Assembly (NCBI GenBank): GCA_023920165.1
Contig: CP089280.1
Coordinates: forward strand, 2,666,001 to 2,730,000
DNA: 64,000 nucleotides
Source: Curvularia clavata
Lineage: Eukaryota
Reading direction: 5' to 3'
Positions 1 through 13,000 of this stretch are shown in pieces. Numbering within the stretch: position 1 is the stretch's first letter; each line of letters starts with the position of its first letter. A program made the position numbers and the translations under genes. A model generated the notes under the pieces. The model was not told the DNA's origin, did not search any database, and saw nothing but the letters and a program-made list of their open reading frames with translations.

Positions 1-1023
1 GAGTATGTCGTTGGTGTGGGCATTTTGGCGGCAGAGGGCTATGCAGGCGTCACTGCAGGCAGTTAAGCGCTGGGCAAAGGAGGTTTTGCTGATTCCGTCT
101 GGCGTCGTCGCAGAGCCTTTTTGATTCAGCAGAGACATGGACAGAGACAAGCCGGCCCAGGCAAAGACGAGACCAAGAAACTCCCAGCGCAGGTTGTCGC
201 CGGTGAAGAGTGTGCTGAAGGTGCTTGCGTGCATTTCAGGAGGTACTTGTAGCGGCTTTTGCGTGTTTCTGGTGATCTTTTGCGCCAAAGCATGCACGTC
301 TTCACTGGCCAGGTGCTGCAGGGTCTCGACAGCTTTCAGAGGGATTAAAGTCGCCGTAGGGGATACTTGGCTTGTTCGAATGTACGTGTCAACGAGGGAC
401 TGGATGATGGAGACGTGTTGGAGGGTTTTGAGTATCCAGGATCCATGTTGAAGTGACTGGCCCACGCCGGGGTCGTCGGAGCGTGTACCTGCAGAGAGCA
501 TGTCGCCAGCAGGTCCAGGAGGCTGAGAATCCGTGGTAGCGGTCGGTATGTGGTCGACTCGGTCAAAGACGGAATAGTAGCTAGTTGAGCCATAGTAGCC
601 AGAGTCAGCAGCCTTTGGGACACTCTGAACGTTGAGCTCTATGTCACTACTACCGAAGGATGAGGGAGGGCGCGAGCGTATGGTGTTTGAAGCAGCATTG
701 GGGTACATGTGCATCTTGGCTGGTGGGGCCAAGGGTGCGGGCAATGTGAATGAGGCTTGAGTGCTGGGAATTGCCGGCTCGCTCAGTCTGTCGCCGGACA
801 AATCCAGGACTCCGAAGCAAGTTTGATACTGCTGCGTGGACAGCTTGTGACTCGGCCGGACTTGGGGTCCAGGCGAGCGCGTCAAAGGAGCCGCGTGGTA
901 GAAGCATGAGGCGGTGATGCCTCGCGCTTGGCATCTTTGGCAGAATGGGAAGTTGTGGTCGCATTTGACCTTTGCCTTTCGACAGGGCTCGCACGAGCTG
1001 CGGGTGCCGTTGCGACGCAACAT
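1..1023 (-). CDS. Zn(II)2Cys6 fungal transcription factor (3' part runs off the window; internal intron boundaries not resolved)
   Basis: ATG at 1023 gives MLRRNGTRSSCEPCRKAKVKCDHNFPFCQRCQARGITASCFYH (CX2CX6CX6CX2CX8C). Downstream frame (1-480) reads ...STLFTGDNLRWEFLGLVFAWAG..., typical of the fungal TF middle region. Not in the ORF track. Confidence 0.92.
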   Translation of the reverse strand, partial: MLRRNGTRSSCEPCRKAKVKCDHNFPFCQRCQARGITASCFYHAAPLTRSPGPQVRPSHKLSTQQYQTCFGVLDLSGDRLSEPAIPSTQASFTLPAPLAPPAKMHMYPNAASNTIRSRPPSSFGSSDIELNVQSVPKAADSGYYGSTSYYSVFDRVDHIPTATTDSQPPGPAGDMLSAGTRSDDPGVGQSLQHGSWILKTLQHVSIIQSLVDTYIRTSQVSPTATLIPLKAVETLQHLASEDVHALAQKITRNTQKPLQVPPEMHASTFSTLFTGDNLRWEFLGLVFAWAGLSLSMSLLNQKGSATTPDGISKTSFAQRLTACSDACIALCRQNAHTNDIL

Positions 1024-1512
1024 TGCAAGGCTGGGCCACGAGTGTTTGCCGCAGGCTGGAGCGCGAGCAGATGGCGACGCAGACTAAGTGCTGAGGGCAG
1101 ACTGGGTGCTAGTATGTGTACGAAGTCGGTCGAGACGGGCGGAAGCGGGAAGGACGAAAGGCTTAGGGGACATGGCGGCGGGTAGTGCCTCGTTTGCGGA
1201 AATAGAATGCGGGCAGGATTCACAGAGCGGTTGACTGTGGGCAGGCAGCTGCGTAAGCGGGAAACAACAAGAAGCATTAGTTATGTTGGACGTCCGGCTC
1301 ATTCGTACTTAGGCCGCACTCGAGTACCATCCATGCTGATGGTACAACAAAAGGCACCCCTGTAGCCGGCCAAGCATCGCAGTGCACTGTCAGAATAAGG
1401 AAATCTTGTACGGTACTGTGCAGAACTTGGCAGTCGTGCTTAAGCAACGCAAGCATATTGGCCACACGGGGCGTTTCAGCCATCGGCGACGTCACAGCAC
1501 CCGTGCGGCTGA

Positions 1513-1740
1513 TATCGGCCATGGTCAGTGCGTGACCACCCCGCCAAAATTACACAGTAATACCATGTTAGTAATCCATTCTTTTCAACCCTACTTGACT
1601 CTACCACTATAGATCCGATTGTAAGAGGAATTGTAGCAATTCATTTACAAGGCTTTGAATATCAAATCTTCTACAGTAAAGCTGCTAAAAAATTCCGTGT
1701 TAACCGCAGAACTTTTGTGAAGGGCTACGCCCGTGACGCG
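1513..1740 (+). mobile_element. Degenerate 5' end of a pogo/Fot1-like DNA transposon in the TF/ATP-grasp divergent promoter
   Basis: catggtcagtgcgtga...ccaccccgccaaaat matches the terminus at 7359-7412. It is followed by a decayed DPI...YSKAAKKFRVNRRT stretch resembling a pogo N-terminal HTH. Confidence 0.6.
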
Positions 1741-2076
1741 ACCAGAAGGTCATGTGACTGGGGACCACGTGACTTAGGCCTACCTTGGAGCCTTGACCTT
1801 ATCTTCGCCACTTGTGTAGGCAATCTGCAAACACGCTCGTAGTTGGTTAGACTTGGAAGCGGAGACTAGACCAACGCCCACGCCATCCATCGTAAAATCG
1901 GGACACCAAGTCGCTCTTCTCCACCTGCCTAATTGACATGCCGCACTCCGACATGCTCGTCCCAATGGGGCTGCCGCCCGTTGCGCGTTAAGTACAGTAC
2001 CTACGTGCTTCATCTGACTGCTTGCGACATCTGCAATTCCATCTTGCACTACCTCTTGGCCCTTATTGCCAGCAGC

Positions 2077-4155
2077 ATGTTCCAGGAAAGTGCACCTATG
2101 TCTGCGCCTCTCCAGCCAGCACAAGACACGACCAGAATGCCACCACCTTCCCAGAACATCCTGCTGGCCAGTCGCGAGGGTAAGGCGAGCAGCGTCTTTG
2201 ATGTCGGTAGCTGCTGACCGCCACAGGCAACGTCGTGTGCGAGTGGGCATTGGAGACGGCGCATTCACCTCAGCCCGCCTACTATCGCGTGCTCCGGGTG
2301 CACCTGAGCCTCCCCCCCAAGACCGACCAATCTCTTCACGGCCAGACTATTCAAATAGCTCAACTTTCGCCTGGCTTGAACTCTCAGTGTTCCTCTGCCC
2401 TTGACTTTCTCGATTGGGCTGCACGCCTTGTTTGCGCGGGCAGCGGCGGCAGGCATGCGGCCACTGTCCTGATAATCTTACCTGCCCAAGACGGATGCAT
2501 TGTGCGTGCAGACATACTCCGCCAGCGCCTGGCCACCAGCAAGTCGATTGAACGAGTCGAGGAGTTTGTCTCCCTCGGTCAGCATATTACTGCCTTCCAG
2601 GAGAGCCAAGGTGCAAGCACAGACCTGCTCAGCATCCTAAGCTACGCCGCTGGTGCCATTCTAGAACAGCAACATATCCAAAGCTCGCCAAGCGGGAGCC
2701 AAGAGCTGCAGGCCAGGCTTGCTTTCCCATGGATCTGTCAGTTACCTCGCATCTCGCTCATCACTTCCGTTGTAATGCTAACAACTACCAGGTCCTGCTC
2801 CATGGACCCCGAAACGGCTGGTCCTCGTCGGCTGCAGGCCTGAAGTCATCATGGAGAAGTGGCTAACAGCAGCCTTCAACCTTGGCATCCACATCACCAT
2901 CGTCGGACACCATGGCCGATGGCTGCAGCACCAGGGCTTCAGCCAGGCTGTGGAAAAGTATATCGCTATCGACATGGAGCTAGATGGCGGCTTGGCTGAT
3001 CGCATTGCCGACGCCCTCATCAAAGATGGCACCGCCTACGACGGCATCACCACCTTCACCGACATCTATTTCGTTGACGTTGCAAGGGCTGCAATTCGTC
3101 TCAAACTACCCACAGCGCCCTTGTCGGCCGTGGAAACCGCCGTCGACAAGTACAAGACTCGATCTCTGTTCCCAGGAGACTGCCACTCTTTCCAAGTCGG
3201 CAGCTCCGCAGAGCTTCGCCAATCCATATCGGACGGTCTCGTCACAGCATACCCGCTCATTGTCAAGCCCAGCCAGGGCTGGGCCTCGGAGGGTGTCTCC
3301 AAGGTCACCAACGAGGCAGAGCTGTTTGCTGCCGTCGCTGCTCTCGAGCCTGCAAAACACGGCACTCACATTGTCATTGAGACATACCTTGACGGGCCCG
3401 AAGTCGACGCCAATTTTGTGCTGCAAGACGGAAAGATCCTCTTCTACGAGCTCATCGACGACTTTCCCTGCACATCGGAACGAGACGATCTTCCAGGCCA
3501 AGAGAATTTCTTGGAGACTGAGATGCTCTATCCTTCAAACCTGCCACCCAACGAGTCAGACATCATCAGAGACGAGCTGAGGAGTATCCTTGTCAAGCTC
3601 GGATTCCACACTGGCGTCTTCCATCTCGAGGCCCGAATCACCAACTCTTCAATGGCTTATACCTCGGCTGATGGTGTGGACTTGCGGCCTCATGGCAAGC
3701 AGTTGACCAAGACTCCAACCGTCACACTGCTCGAAATCAATCAGCGCGCGCCTGGCATCATGGCTCAGCATATCACGGCATTCAAGAGCGGGGTGGACTG
3801 GACTGCTTTGCATCTGCTCGCAGCTCTGAAAGATACCGTGCGCTTTACTGCCCTAGCGCACGAGTACGCGCCCGAGGCTCAACCCATTACTGCAATCGTC
3901 TTCATCAACACCGAGTTTCCAGGAACTTACAACGGCCAGTGCTTTGCTGTTGATCTGAAGAGGCGGCGCCCTGACCTCGGTGCCATGGTCTACCAAGGTG
4001 GCTCCTACTACCACTATACCAATCCCATTCCAACTGCACCCAACCTGGTTGGCCATTTGATTGTGTCCTCTGAAAAGGGCCGCAAACATATTCTTGCTGC
4101 GGCAAAGGAGATGCGGAGAGAAATCAGGCTTCCTATCACCCCTTTCCGGGCGTAG
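2077..4155 (+). CDS. ATP-grasp domain protein (L-amino-acid/peptide ligase-like), 3 exons
   Basis: Introns ~2180-2226 (gtaagg..ctgac..cag) and ~2737-2791 (gtcagt..gctaac..cag) join ORFs 1933/2235/2851 in frame. Motifs DKYKTR, YPLIVKPSQGWASEGV, IETYLDGPEVDAN, GVFHLEAR, LLEINQRAPG. Confidence 0.9.
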
Positions 4156-4622
4156 CTAGTACTCCAGTGCATAGTAGATGAATTAAAACCAGGGAAAGTC
4201 TGCTCGTTGAACTTGCAACCGATGATGCACATTCCCTTAGAGCTGACATGATCGAAGCCCTACTTGTAAATCACGTGTTGAAATAGCTAATAAAAAGCAG
4301 TGGCTAATGGATTTTAGGTAGTGGAGCTGTCTACGGGGTAAAAAACCGAAAGGGGCGCATTATTATCGGAGTAAGTTGACCGAATTAAGCGACTACTCCG
4401 AAAAAGAGGGTAAGATCTTACTCCATTCGGCACATCGTATCCGACACTCGAACTGAATGACCACAAGCATTGGATGGACGGATAGGCGGTATCAGTCCCG
4501 AATGCTTAGTTCGGAGCCGTATGCTCTGTCGTCTCCTATAGATAACTCGACCTGTCACTTCTCCCACGTTCCTGGGATGATAGCTCCCTGAATATTCCTT
4601 TGAGCCGCATGCACCATTGATC

Positions 4623-6668
4623 ATGGACACGCCCGAGGAGAAGAATTTGTGAGTCTCACGTTTTTGGCGCAAAAGATAGGACACTGACATTACAGGCCCT
4701 CCGAAAATGGAAATTCTGCGTCGATTCCCACAGCCTGCTCTCAGTCTCTCAATGCTGAGACCAATCATTTCGAGGAACCGACTGAAGAAGATCTGAGGAC
4801 ATGCCGACGAGAAGCAGATAAGCTGCCAAAAATGGCCATCCTCGTAGCCGTCATCTCTCTATGCGAGCGCTATGCCTACTATGGCTTCTTGGGCATTCTC
4901 CGTGAGCATCACGACTCATTCAAGAACGCGACTGGCCACTGACCCAAGAGCAGAGAACTACATCCAAAATCGCAGGGACGACCCGTTGCGCCCTGGCGCC
5001 CTGGGACTCGGCCAGGACATTGCTTCCATGATGATCAACTGTTTCACTCTCGTTAGCCAAGTCACGCCTCTCGCGACGGCAGCCATTGCAGATTCATATC
5101 TTGGTCACTACAAGACCCTGCGCACCTGTTTCTGGTTCGTTTCAAAGCTCGCGTGGACTTTGTCCAATACACCAACTTACTTATTTGCAGCCTATACGCC
5201 GTCGGACTTACCATTCTTCTGATAACGTCTCTCCCGCCCTTGCTAAGGCAAGGCGCCGGACTTCCCGGTCTGATTGTCTCCTTGATCATCATCAGTCTTG
5301 GTGTCGGAGGTGTCAAGTCCACGTTGCCGCCATTCCTAGGTCAGTCGAATTGCTACTCCCGCTTGTCGCACATTCTCGTTGCCGCTGCTAAACCATAGCG
5401 ACACTTAGCGGAGCAGTTCCATGCATCCAAGACTAGAATCAGGATCTCCGAGAGAGGAGAACGAGTTATTGTTGACCGTGAAGCGACCATCGAGTATGCT
5501 TTCAATGTATACTATTGGTAAGATTCCACAATCTTGTTGAACTACAGTCCAATCTGATACAGAAAGGTGTGTGAATATCGGTGGCCAAGCAATTATCGCA
5601 TCAACCTTCCTCGAAAAGCACATCGGTTTCTGGGTCGCATACCTGATATGCACTTGCGCCATCTTTCTTGGCCTCATTATGCTCTATCTGGGCCGAAAGC
5701 ATTATGGTGAGACCTCTTCCACCAATCCGTCAAGCGTCGCGAGACGGGGTCTTAACACACTTCAACAGTCAATCTTCCTCCAGACGGCAGCGTTCTCCCA
5801 TCGGCGTGGAAAGTCATCTACATTGCCGTCAGAAACGGGTTCCGACTTGACGCCGCCAGACCTGAAAAGGTGGCCGAGGATACTGGCAAGACAGTAAAGT
5901 GGCGTGACAGCTTCATCGAGGAGATGAAAAAGGCATTAGTCGCCGCGCGCATTGGGTGAGTGGCCGTCCTTGATCATCCCTCCAGAGACGCAACCAGATC
6001 TGACTCCCAATAGCGTCCCATTTGTTGTCTACTGGCTCTGCCAGAACCAACTCACCAGCAACACAATTTCCCAAGCAGCCAACATGGAGACAAGCGGCGT
6101 CCCCAACGACTTGATGCCCGACCTCAACGCCATTACCGTCCTACTATGCCTCCCACTAGCAACGCACGGCCTGTACCCGCTGCTGCGCAAGTTGCGCATC
6201 GGCTTCCCGCCGGTGACGCGCATCGCGCTTGGCTTCCTACTCGAGGCCATGGCCATGGGCTTCGCGGCGGGCGTGCAGGCCTACATCTACGCGTCAGGCC
6301 CGTGCTACAACCGTCCGCGCGCGTGCCCAGCGTCGCCAAACGGCAGCCTGCCCAACCACGTCAGTGTCGCCATGCAAATCCCCATATACGTCTTCGAGGG
6401 CTTCAGCGAGATCTTCTCAAATCCAGCCATGTACGAGTATGCCTTCACCGAGGCGCCTCAAAGCATGAAGGCTGTGCTGCAGGCTTTCTTCGCCCTCACC
6501 GCCGCAGCTGGCTCTGCGCTTGGCCTCGCTCTGACCCCGACGTACAAGGACCCTTACTTGCTGGCTACGTATGCGTCGTTGGCTGGCGCCATGTTTGTCG
6601 GCGCTGTTGGGGTGTATGCGCTTCTACGACCGAGGCGCAAACGCCTCGATAGCGAGGCTGACTCATGA
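4623..6668 (+). CDS. POT/PTR2 family oligopeptide transporter (multi-exon)
   Basis: Exons read EPTEEDLRTCRR..SLCERYAYYG, NYIQN..RPGALGLGQ, IADSYLG, GVGGVKS, NIGG, NMETSGVPNDL, YEYAFTEAPQSMK. Several GT-AG introns. Confidence 0.9.
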
Positions 6669-7358
6669 GTGTGAGCGAGGGGGGCGGGCGCACGGGGAGG
6701 CGCAGGAAGATATTGGACGTCAACCTCAAACAGGGCTTCGACGGTCTTTATGCTATTCATCGCCAGAACTAGTAACCATTGGAGATGAGGATGACGACTA
6801 GCCGCTAGATCTAGCCCTTCCAGATACGCAATTGCCGTGGATAGATTAGAACGCAAAAAGGCATCAAATATCACAAATTGTGATATATGTATAGCTAATC
6901 ATTCGTCTATACTCTCAGAGACTCACTAGCCTGAATAAACACACTATTAGCTACCTCATTTTATCTACTTTTTAGGAACGGCGGGTGGTGTGCGATACCA
7001 AAATCAGATTTTGCGTTTGACACTTCCGCCTCATTTACAAGGGGCCAGAGTGTTCTGAGAAAGCCCCAGATATTGAACTGGCAGAAAGAGGACTATCTTG
7101 TTATCACGTCAACGTGGCAAGCGGCCAATTTAGTATACTAAATGTTCTACGCTGCTAGTTCGGAACACCTCATTACTCAAATTGTTATAGGGAAAGGGCT
7201 GCACTCACTACGGTAGCTGTGGGGTATCCTACAACATCCGGCTATCCGCTTCTCAGTAGCAAGAATAATATACCATGTTTTTATCGCCTTAAACATAAAT
7301 ACATTCGCTTACGTAGTTAACGAGTTCTTCTACTAACGTCTATCGAAAAAAAGAAATA

Positions 7359-9078
7359 CCGGGCATGGTCAGTGCGTGAGCATGGTCAGACAATGAGCCA
7401 CCCCACCAAAATGCGCGCCCACCAAAAAACGAAGCTTCTAAGCCCCATATAAAAGCTAATATTGTGAGATTTTTTGGTGGAGTAGTAAGATCATGATATA
7501 TTTGATGGCTGTCTACTTATATTTACTTGGAAGATTGATTTTGCGGCCGCGCGTGGTGGTTTTGGTAGAGGGCTCGGATGGCTGCGGTGCAGACGCACCA
7601 CCACTCTGATTATCCGCAATACCACGACGCTTAGCTGTTTTTGATATTTGACTTGATGAAGCTTTTCTTTTGCCTTTATTTTCTCTATCTTGAAGTTTTT
7701 TTGGTGTTGTAGTAACGCGTTCTTATTATTTTTGAGCCTAGGTAGCCGCGAGTTGCGCAGCCTTCGTCTCCCGCTCCTTTACTCGTGCCTTCTGTGCTAA
7801 CTGTCGGGCTTCTTTTGCTTCTGCTGCAATCCTTTTTTTATAGATAGTAGCAGCAGCTTTAATCTTTTTTTACTCTTATTTTTAGAGTTTTTCTACCTTA
7901 GCTTCTTATTGTTTTGCGTATTTACGAGCCCGAGCTTCTTATACTAAGTAAGGACTCTACACTACCGCTAAACTTTGATACTCTTAGTGCTGCTGAAGAT
8001 CTAAAACTGGATTGTGCTTTTTCTTCTATTTTTTAGCGTTTATTTCACTACGTAACTCCTCGTTTTCATAGTAGAGCAGCGCATTTCTAACCTAAAGTGA
8101 ATGGAGTGCCTATTTTAGCTCTTTAGCTTTAACTTTTGACTTATCTAGGATAGCAGCGTTATATAACTTAGACAGCTGTCTCTAAGTTTCCCCGTCTCTA
8201 TGCTCTCTAACTTCTGTATCTATATCTTGTTGTGGTGTTGAGATTTTAAAGCGTTGGAGTATAACTTCTAGATTAAGTGGATGAACTCTAGTAGCCGTAA
8301 AGCTACTTATAATATTTTTAAATATGAAAGTCGACGTATATGCCGCCTAAAATAAGCTTATAAAGTCACTTTTTTGCACGCGCAGTAATCTCTAATAGCA
8401 GCGGAGGAAGTCGGATAGTTTATTCAAGTAAGCTGTCGACAGAGGAGAATATAATACTACGTCGAGTAGCTGAAGACTATAAGTCGCATGGGGGAGAAAG
8501 ATTGCAATCAGGATTCTATAGGAGTTGCAGTAATCGATAAAGGATAGAGTAACGTGGCTTCTATGGCTATCGAGCAGAAGAAGTCTATAGTCTCGTTTTG
8601 CTTTCCCCTTTGTCTTCTAGTTAAATACCTGTTCAACCTAAGCCTTTCCTAGCTTATTATTACTCTAGCCAGACTTAGTTATAGAGTAAAAAATCTTATA
8701 TTTATCTATCTCTAAGTCCTGTATCTATCGCTCGCGAAGACTGATATTTCCTTTAAAGATAATTATAGGATTAATCCAGCTTCTATCAGTATAGATATAA
8801 GCTAAAACTATTATCTACTTTTTACTACTATCTTACAAGGCTGCTATAACTTTCTTTTAGTTCTAAAGTTGTTTTAAAAATACTCTTTTAGACCTTTCTA
8901 TAACCCTAAGAAGGAATCTCTTCTTATCTATATTATAAATATTATATAGCTCTACGTTATATTAAGCGATCTTAGTATAAAGAAGTTTAAAATACGATTG
9001 GTAACTATTAATATTATTAGTTTAGTAATGCTTCTAATCAATTCTAGTTATAAATTTAGTAGTAAGATAATCGCGGTA
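7359..9078 (-). mobile_element. RIP-degraded pogo/Fot1 (DDE_1) transposon, 3' portion; truncated by the Gypsy LTR at 9079
   Basis: TA followed by a terminus with a repeated catggtcag motif. Minus strand decays from LLLDSHRSHVTLSFIDYCN..IFLPHATYSLQLLDV (DDE_1 core) to ..TRGRKINLPSKYK*. Many TpA stop codons. Confidence 0.85.
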
Positions 9079-9505
9079 TGTTAAGAGTATGATCTCGAGT
9101 GGAAGTAATATAAGACTTCTGGTGTCAAGATCTTCTTGGGTTGGTTTTCGCGGATGAAGTAATAGTGTGTTATGAATAAAGGTTCTGCAGTAACTATTGT
9201 ATTGTAGGTACTATACTCGTAACTTAAGTTGAACACATTGAGCCATAAGGGCTCAATGCCTATTCCTATATACTTGCGGTGCTCGCAACCCTTGGTTAGA
9301 GGAGTCTGAGTAACCCTCGGTGGCTTATGTACGAGGGGCATTCCTCTGTGGCTTATGCATGAGGAGTCTGCCAAGACCCTTCTTTGGATATGCGCTACCG
9401 AGGAGGTTATGTAATGCGTGCCCCCGCGTTATATATGGCTGGGTCGACTGGTCGTCAATGCTTCTTAACTTACCCGCCGTGCCTCTTCCTCCCAGGTTCG
9501 TAATA
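9079..9505 (-). repeat. 3' LTR of Gypsy element A
   Basis: Direct repeat of 15409-15835; the differences seen are RIP-type transitions. Confidence 0.95.
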
Positions 9506-9560
9506 CCATCCTCCTCCTCCCTAAGCTTGTTCTCAAGCTTTTTCTTATACCTGGCTAACA

Positions 9561-10073
9561 ATGTCTGCCCCCAGGTCTAAAGAATATTTTCGTCTTGCTC
9601 TTGAGATTCGTCGCAACGGTCTCCCCGCGCCCGTCCCCTGCGATTATTGTTTTGCGAATAACCGTCAGTACGTCGCGATGCCCGAAGTCGATGGCAAGCG
9701 TTTGAAGTGCTCCAAGTGCACTCGTCTAGGTCACCTATGTGTTAACATGTCGTGGGTGTCATTAGATAAGACTCGTGAAGAGTATTAAAAGAAAGTAGAT
9801 AAAGATGAGCAATTATTGGCTCAAGTGATTTCGCGGTTGATGCGAAATAAGAAGATCCTGAAGTAGGCTGAGGAACGTGCTGCGAAGAAGACTATATATT
9901 TGGCGAATTCCTTGCGCGAAGGTGGTGATAATGTGGATACGCAAGAGTCCCTGAACTACCCCGCGGCCGACGCGTTGGTGGGGTTCTCGCCTGTTATGTG
10001 GAGCACTTTGGGTTCTCTAGACGCCCTAGCGTCATCCTCGAATCCTAGCGATACTCCTATTTTTTCTTTCTGA
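9561..10073 (+). pseudogene. Antisense accessory ORF in Gypsy A: Zn2Cys6-like domain plus coiled coil (~170 codons, two RIP-type stops)
   Basis: PCDYCFANNRQ[Y]VAMPEVDGKRLKCSKCTRLGHLC. The frame continues through TAA (9786) and one TAG, both consistent with CAA/CAG>TAR, to TGA at 10071. Confidence 0.75.
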
Positions 10074-13000
10074 TGGTAAGTTCTTTTTATAGTTTTGTAG
10101 TGTTTTTTAATAATTATTAAGATTGTCCTCTAGTTTCTATGTATTTTCGCTGTTATCGTATCCTAACTATTTAACTAGGTATTCGGTTTTATTGCGTGTG
10201 GTTTGGTGTGCTAGAATTTTCTCGACTTCGAATTCGTCTTCTTCTTCTAGTTTGAAATAGAATGTTTTTTGTAATGGCGTTTTGGGGTCTGCGGGTTTTA
10301 ATAACTTAACGTGGAACTTTGGGTGTATCTTTACGTCTGGTGGTAGATCAAGTGTATAGATAACTAGTCCGTTCTAGGCTTTAATTAAAAATGGCCCAAT
10401 ATAAATATTATCTAATCCCTTACTTGGTTGTGTCGTGCAAAGGTTCTTCGTAAGTAGATATACTTTATCCCCCTTTTTTAGCTAAGGTGCTATTTTTCTT
10501 TTCTGATTGACATATAAGATGCTTTGGCGTTGAGCCTTCTCGAGTGATTCTCGTAGTTCTTCGTGTATTTTCTTCATTTCTTCAGCCGTGGTGATGGCTA
10601 CTTCTGTTTTCAAACTTGGTAACGTTCTAGTGAAGAGATTCGGGTGTCTTCTGTGGTTTGCGTAAAATAGTGTTTATTTCGTTGATTCTAATAATTTGTT
10701 GTTGTATGCTAGTTGTGCTATAGGTAGTAATTATACCTAATTATTTTGCTAATGGTTGGCGTATATTCGTAGGTATATTTTTATCGTACGGTTTGTTCTT
10801 TCTGTTTATCCATCGGTTTCGGGGTGGTATACTGTAGATAGCTTTCGCTTAGTACCTATTTCTGCTTAGAGTGTGGTCTAGAAGTTAGATATGAAGAGCT
10901 TATCTCTATCGCTAATAATTGATTTTAGTATTCTATATCGTCTGATAATAACGTCCAGAAAGACATGCGCTAGTTTAACTGCGTTGTAGTCTTTCCTAAA
11001 TTTCTTGAATTCTGCGTATTTCGTGAATCTATCAATAATAACTAGTATCGCGTTATAGATTACACTAGTGACGGGGTCTGTTGATGGTGGTAATCCTATG
11101 ACGAAGTCTATGGAGATGTCTGCCTAAGGGTTGCTTGGCAGTTCTAGTGCTTGCATTTCTCCGTATGGTGCGTGCGTGCTGTGCTTGTTCTTCTGACAGT
11201 ATTCGCATTTAGCGATAAAGGCTGCGACCTTTTCTTTCATTTTGCTAAATTCGAAGTTTCTTTGAATTAGTTCTATTGTTCTAGCGATCCTGGGGTGTCT
11301 ATATACGGGGTCGTCGTGATATTGTTAAATGATTGCTTCCTGCTAGTCTTCGGATATGTTATTTCTAATTATTATAAGTAGGTTAAGCTTGTGTGCTGGG
11401 CTTAGTATTCCGTCTTTATTTATCTAGAGTATCGGTCGGTCTATAATGGTTTTTATCTCTGCGATATCTAGCCTTCTGCTGAGAGCGTCTGCTCTGCTGT
11501 TGTCTTTTCCTAGTGTATATACGATCTTGAATTTGTATTGCCCGAGCAGCTTAGCCTATCAGGTCTGTCGACGGTTGAGAACCTTGGTGGTAGTGAAGTG
11601 GGTTAAATTCTTGTGATCCGTGTATATAGTGAGTTCTAAGTAGCTATGTGCGTAGACTCTCTAGTGTTGTATGCAGGCTACTATAGCTAGTAGTTCTTTG
11701 TTGTGTACGTCGTATCGTTCTTCTGGTCCTGAGAGCTTCCTTAAGTAGTATGCTATCGGGTGCTATTTGCTATTGATGTAGATACTGGCGCATCCTCCTA
11801 GGGCTAGATCCGATGCGTCGGTTTCAAATTTTAGTGGTACTTCTGGAATGAATATCCTAAAGTATGGTAGTGTAGTGCATGCTTTCTTGATTATCTTAAA
11901 GGCGTTATCTGCCTTTTTATCCTAATCCTATAGGATATCTTTTCTTGTAAGCCGTGTTATTGGTGTTACGATCTTTAAGTAATCTTTAATAAATTCTTAG
12001 TTGAAATTCGTAAATTCTAAGAATGACTAAATGTCCGTGACTAACTTTAGTGTCGGCCAATTTTTAATGATCTTAATTTTTTCTTCGCTCATTTGTACTC
12101 TGTTGGTCCCTACTACGTAGCCTAAGAAGTTGACCTTGGTCTTGTGAAATTCACACTTCTTCAGCTTGAGTCGAAGACTGTACTCGTCTAGGGCTTTTAA
12201 CACCTTTCTGACGTGCTTAGTATATTGTTCTTCGTCCTTAGAGTAGATTAGGATGTCATCTAGGTAGGCGATGACGAATATATCTAGATAGGGTCTGAGT
12301 ATGTTATTAATAAGTTCTTAAAACGTGGCTGGGGCGTTTGTTAGCCCAAACAGCATAACTGTGTATTCGTAGTGTCCGTATTGTGTTCGGAAAGCCGTTT
12401 TCCATTCTTCACCTTTCTTAATTCTGATAAGGTGGTATCTATCTCGTAGATCTAATGCTGTAAAGATCTCTACTCGAGATAGTCAATCTCTAAGTTCTCT
12501 GATATTCGGTAGTGGGTATTGATTCTTGACTGTGATATTGTTAAGTTGTCTGTAGTCAACGTATAGTCAATCTGTTCCGTCCTTCTTTGGTACGAATATA
12601 ATAGGGTATCCCGCTAGGGATTTCGATAGTCATATGTAGCCTTTTGCTAGTAACTTGTCTATGTACTCTTGTAGTACTGCAAGTTCTCGTTCCAATAGTT
12701 GGTAAATTAGGCTGAAAGTCGGTTGCTTTCCTTCCTGTAGGACTATTTCATAGTCCTAGAGTTAATGCTTTAATAACGCTTATTCGTCTACTACTTCCTA
12801 AAATAGATACTTAAATGCTCTATATTGTTCAGGGATTTCTAGAGTTGCGCCCTTCTCTTTTCCTCTAGCTTTGTAGTCCGTTGGCCTGGTTTCAGTACCT
12901 ACTAAGTTTGGCTTCCTGCTCTGGGAACTACCTTTTGAGTACGCTCGTTTCTCTGCGTTATTGCACTGTTTAGCAATATTACTCTCATCTACTATCGAAC

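Noticed and set aside
1513..7412. Related pogo termini on either side of the ATP-grasp/POT genes, as a composite transposon
   Set aside because: Both termini face the same direction and differ in age, so they do not bracket the genes as inverted ends.
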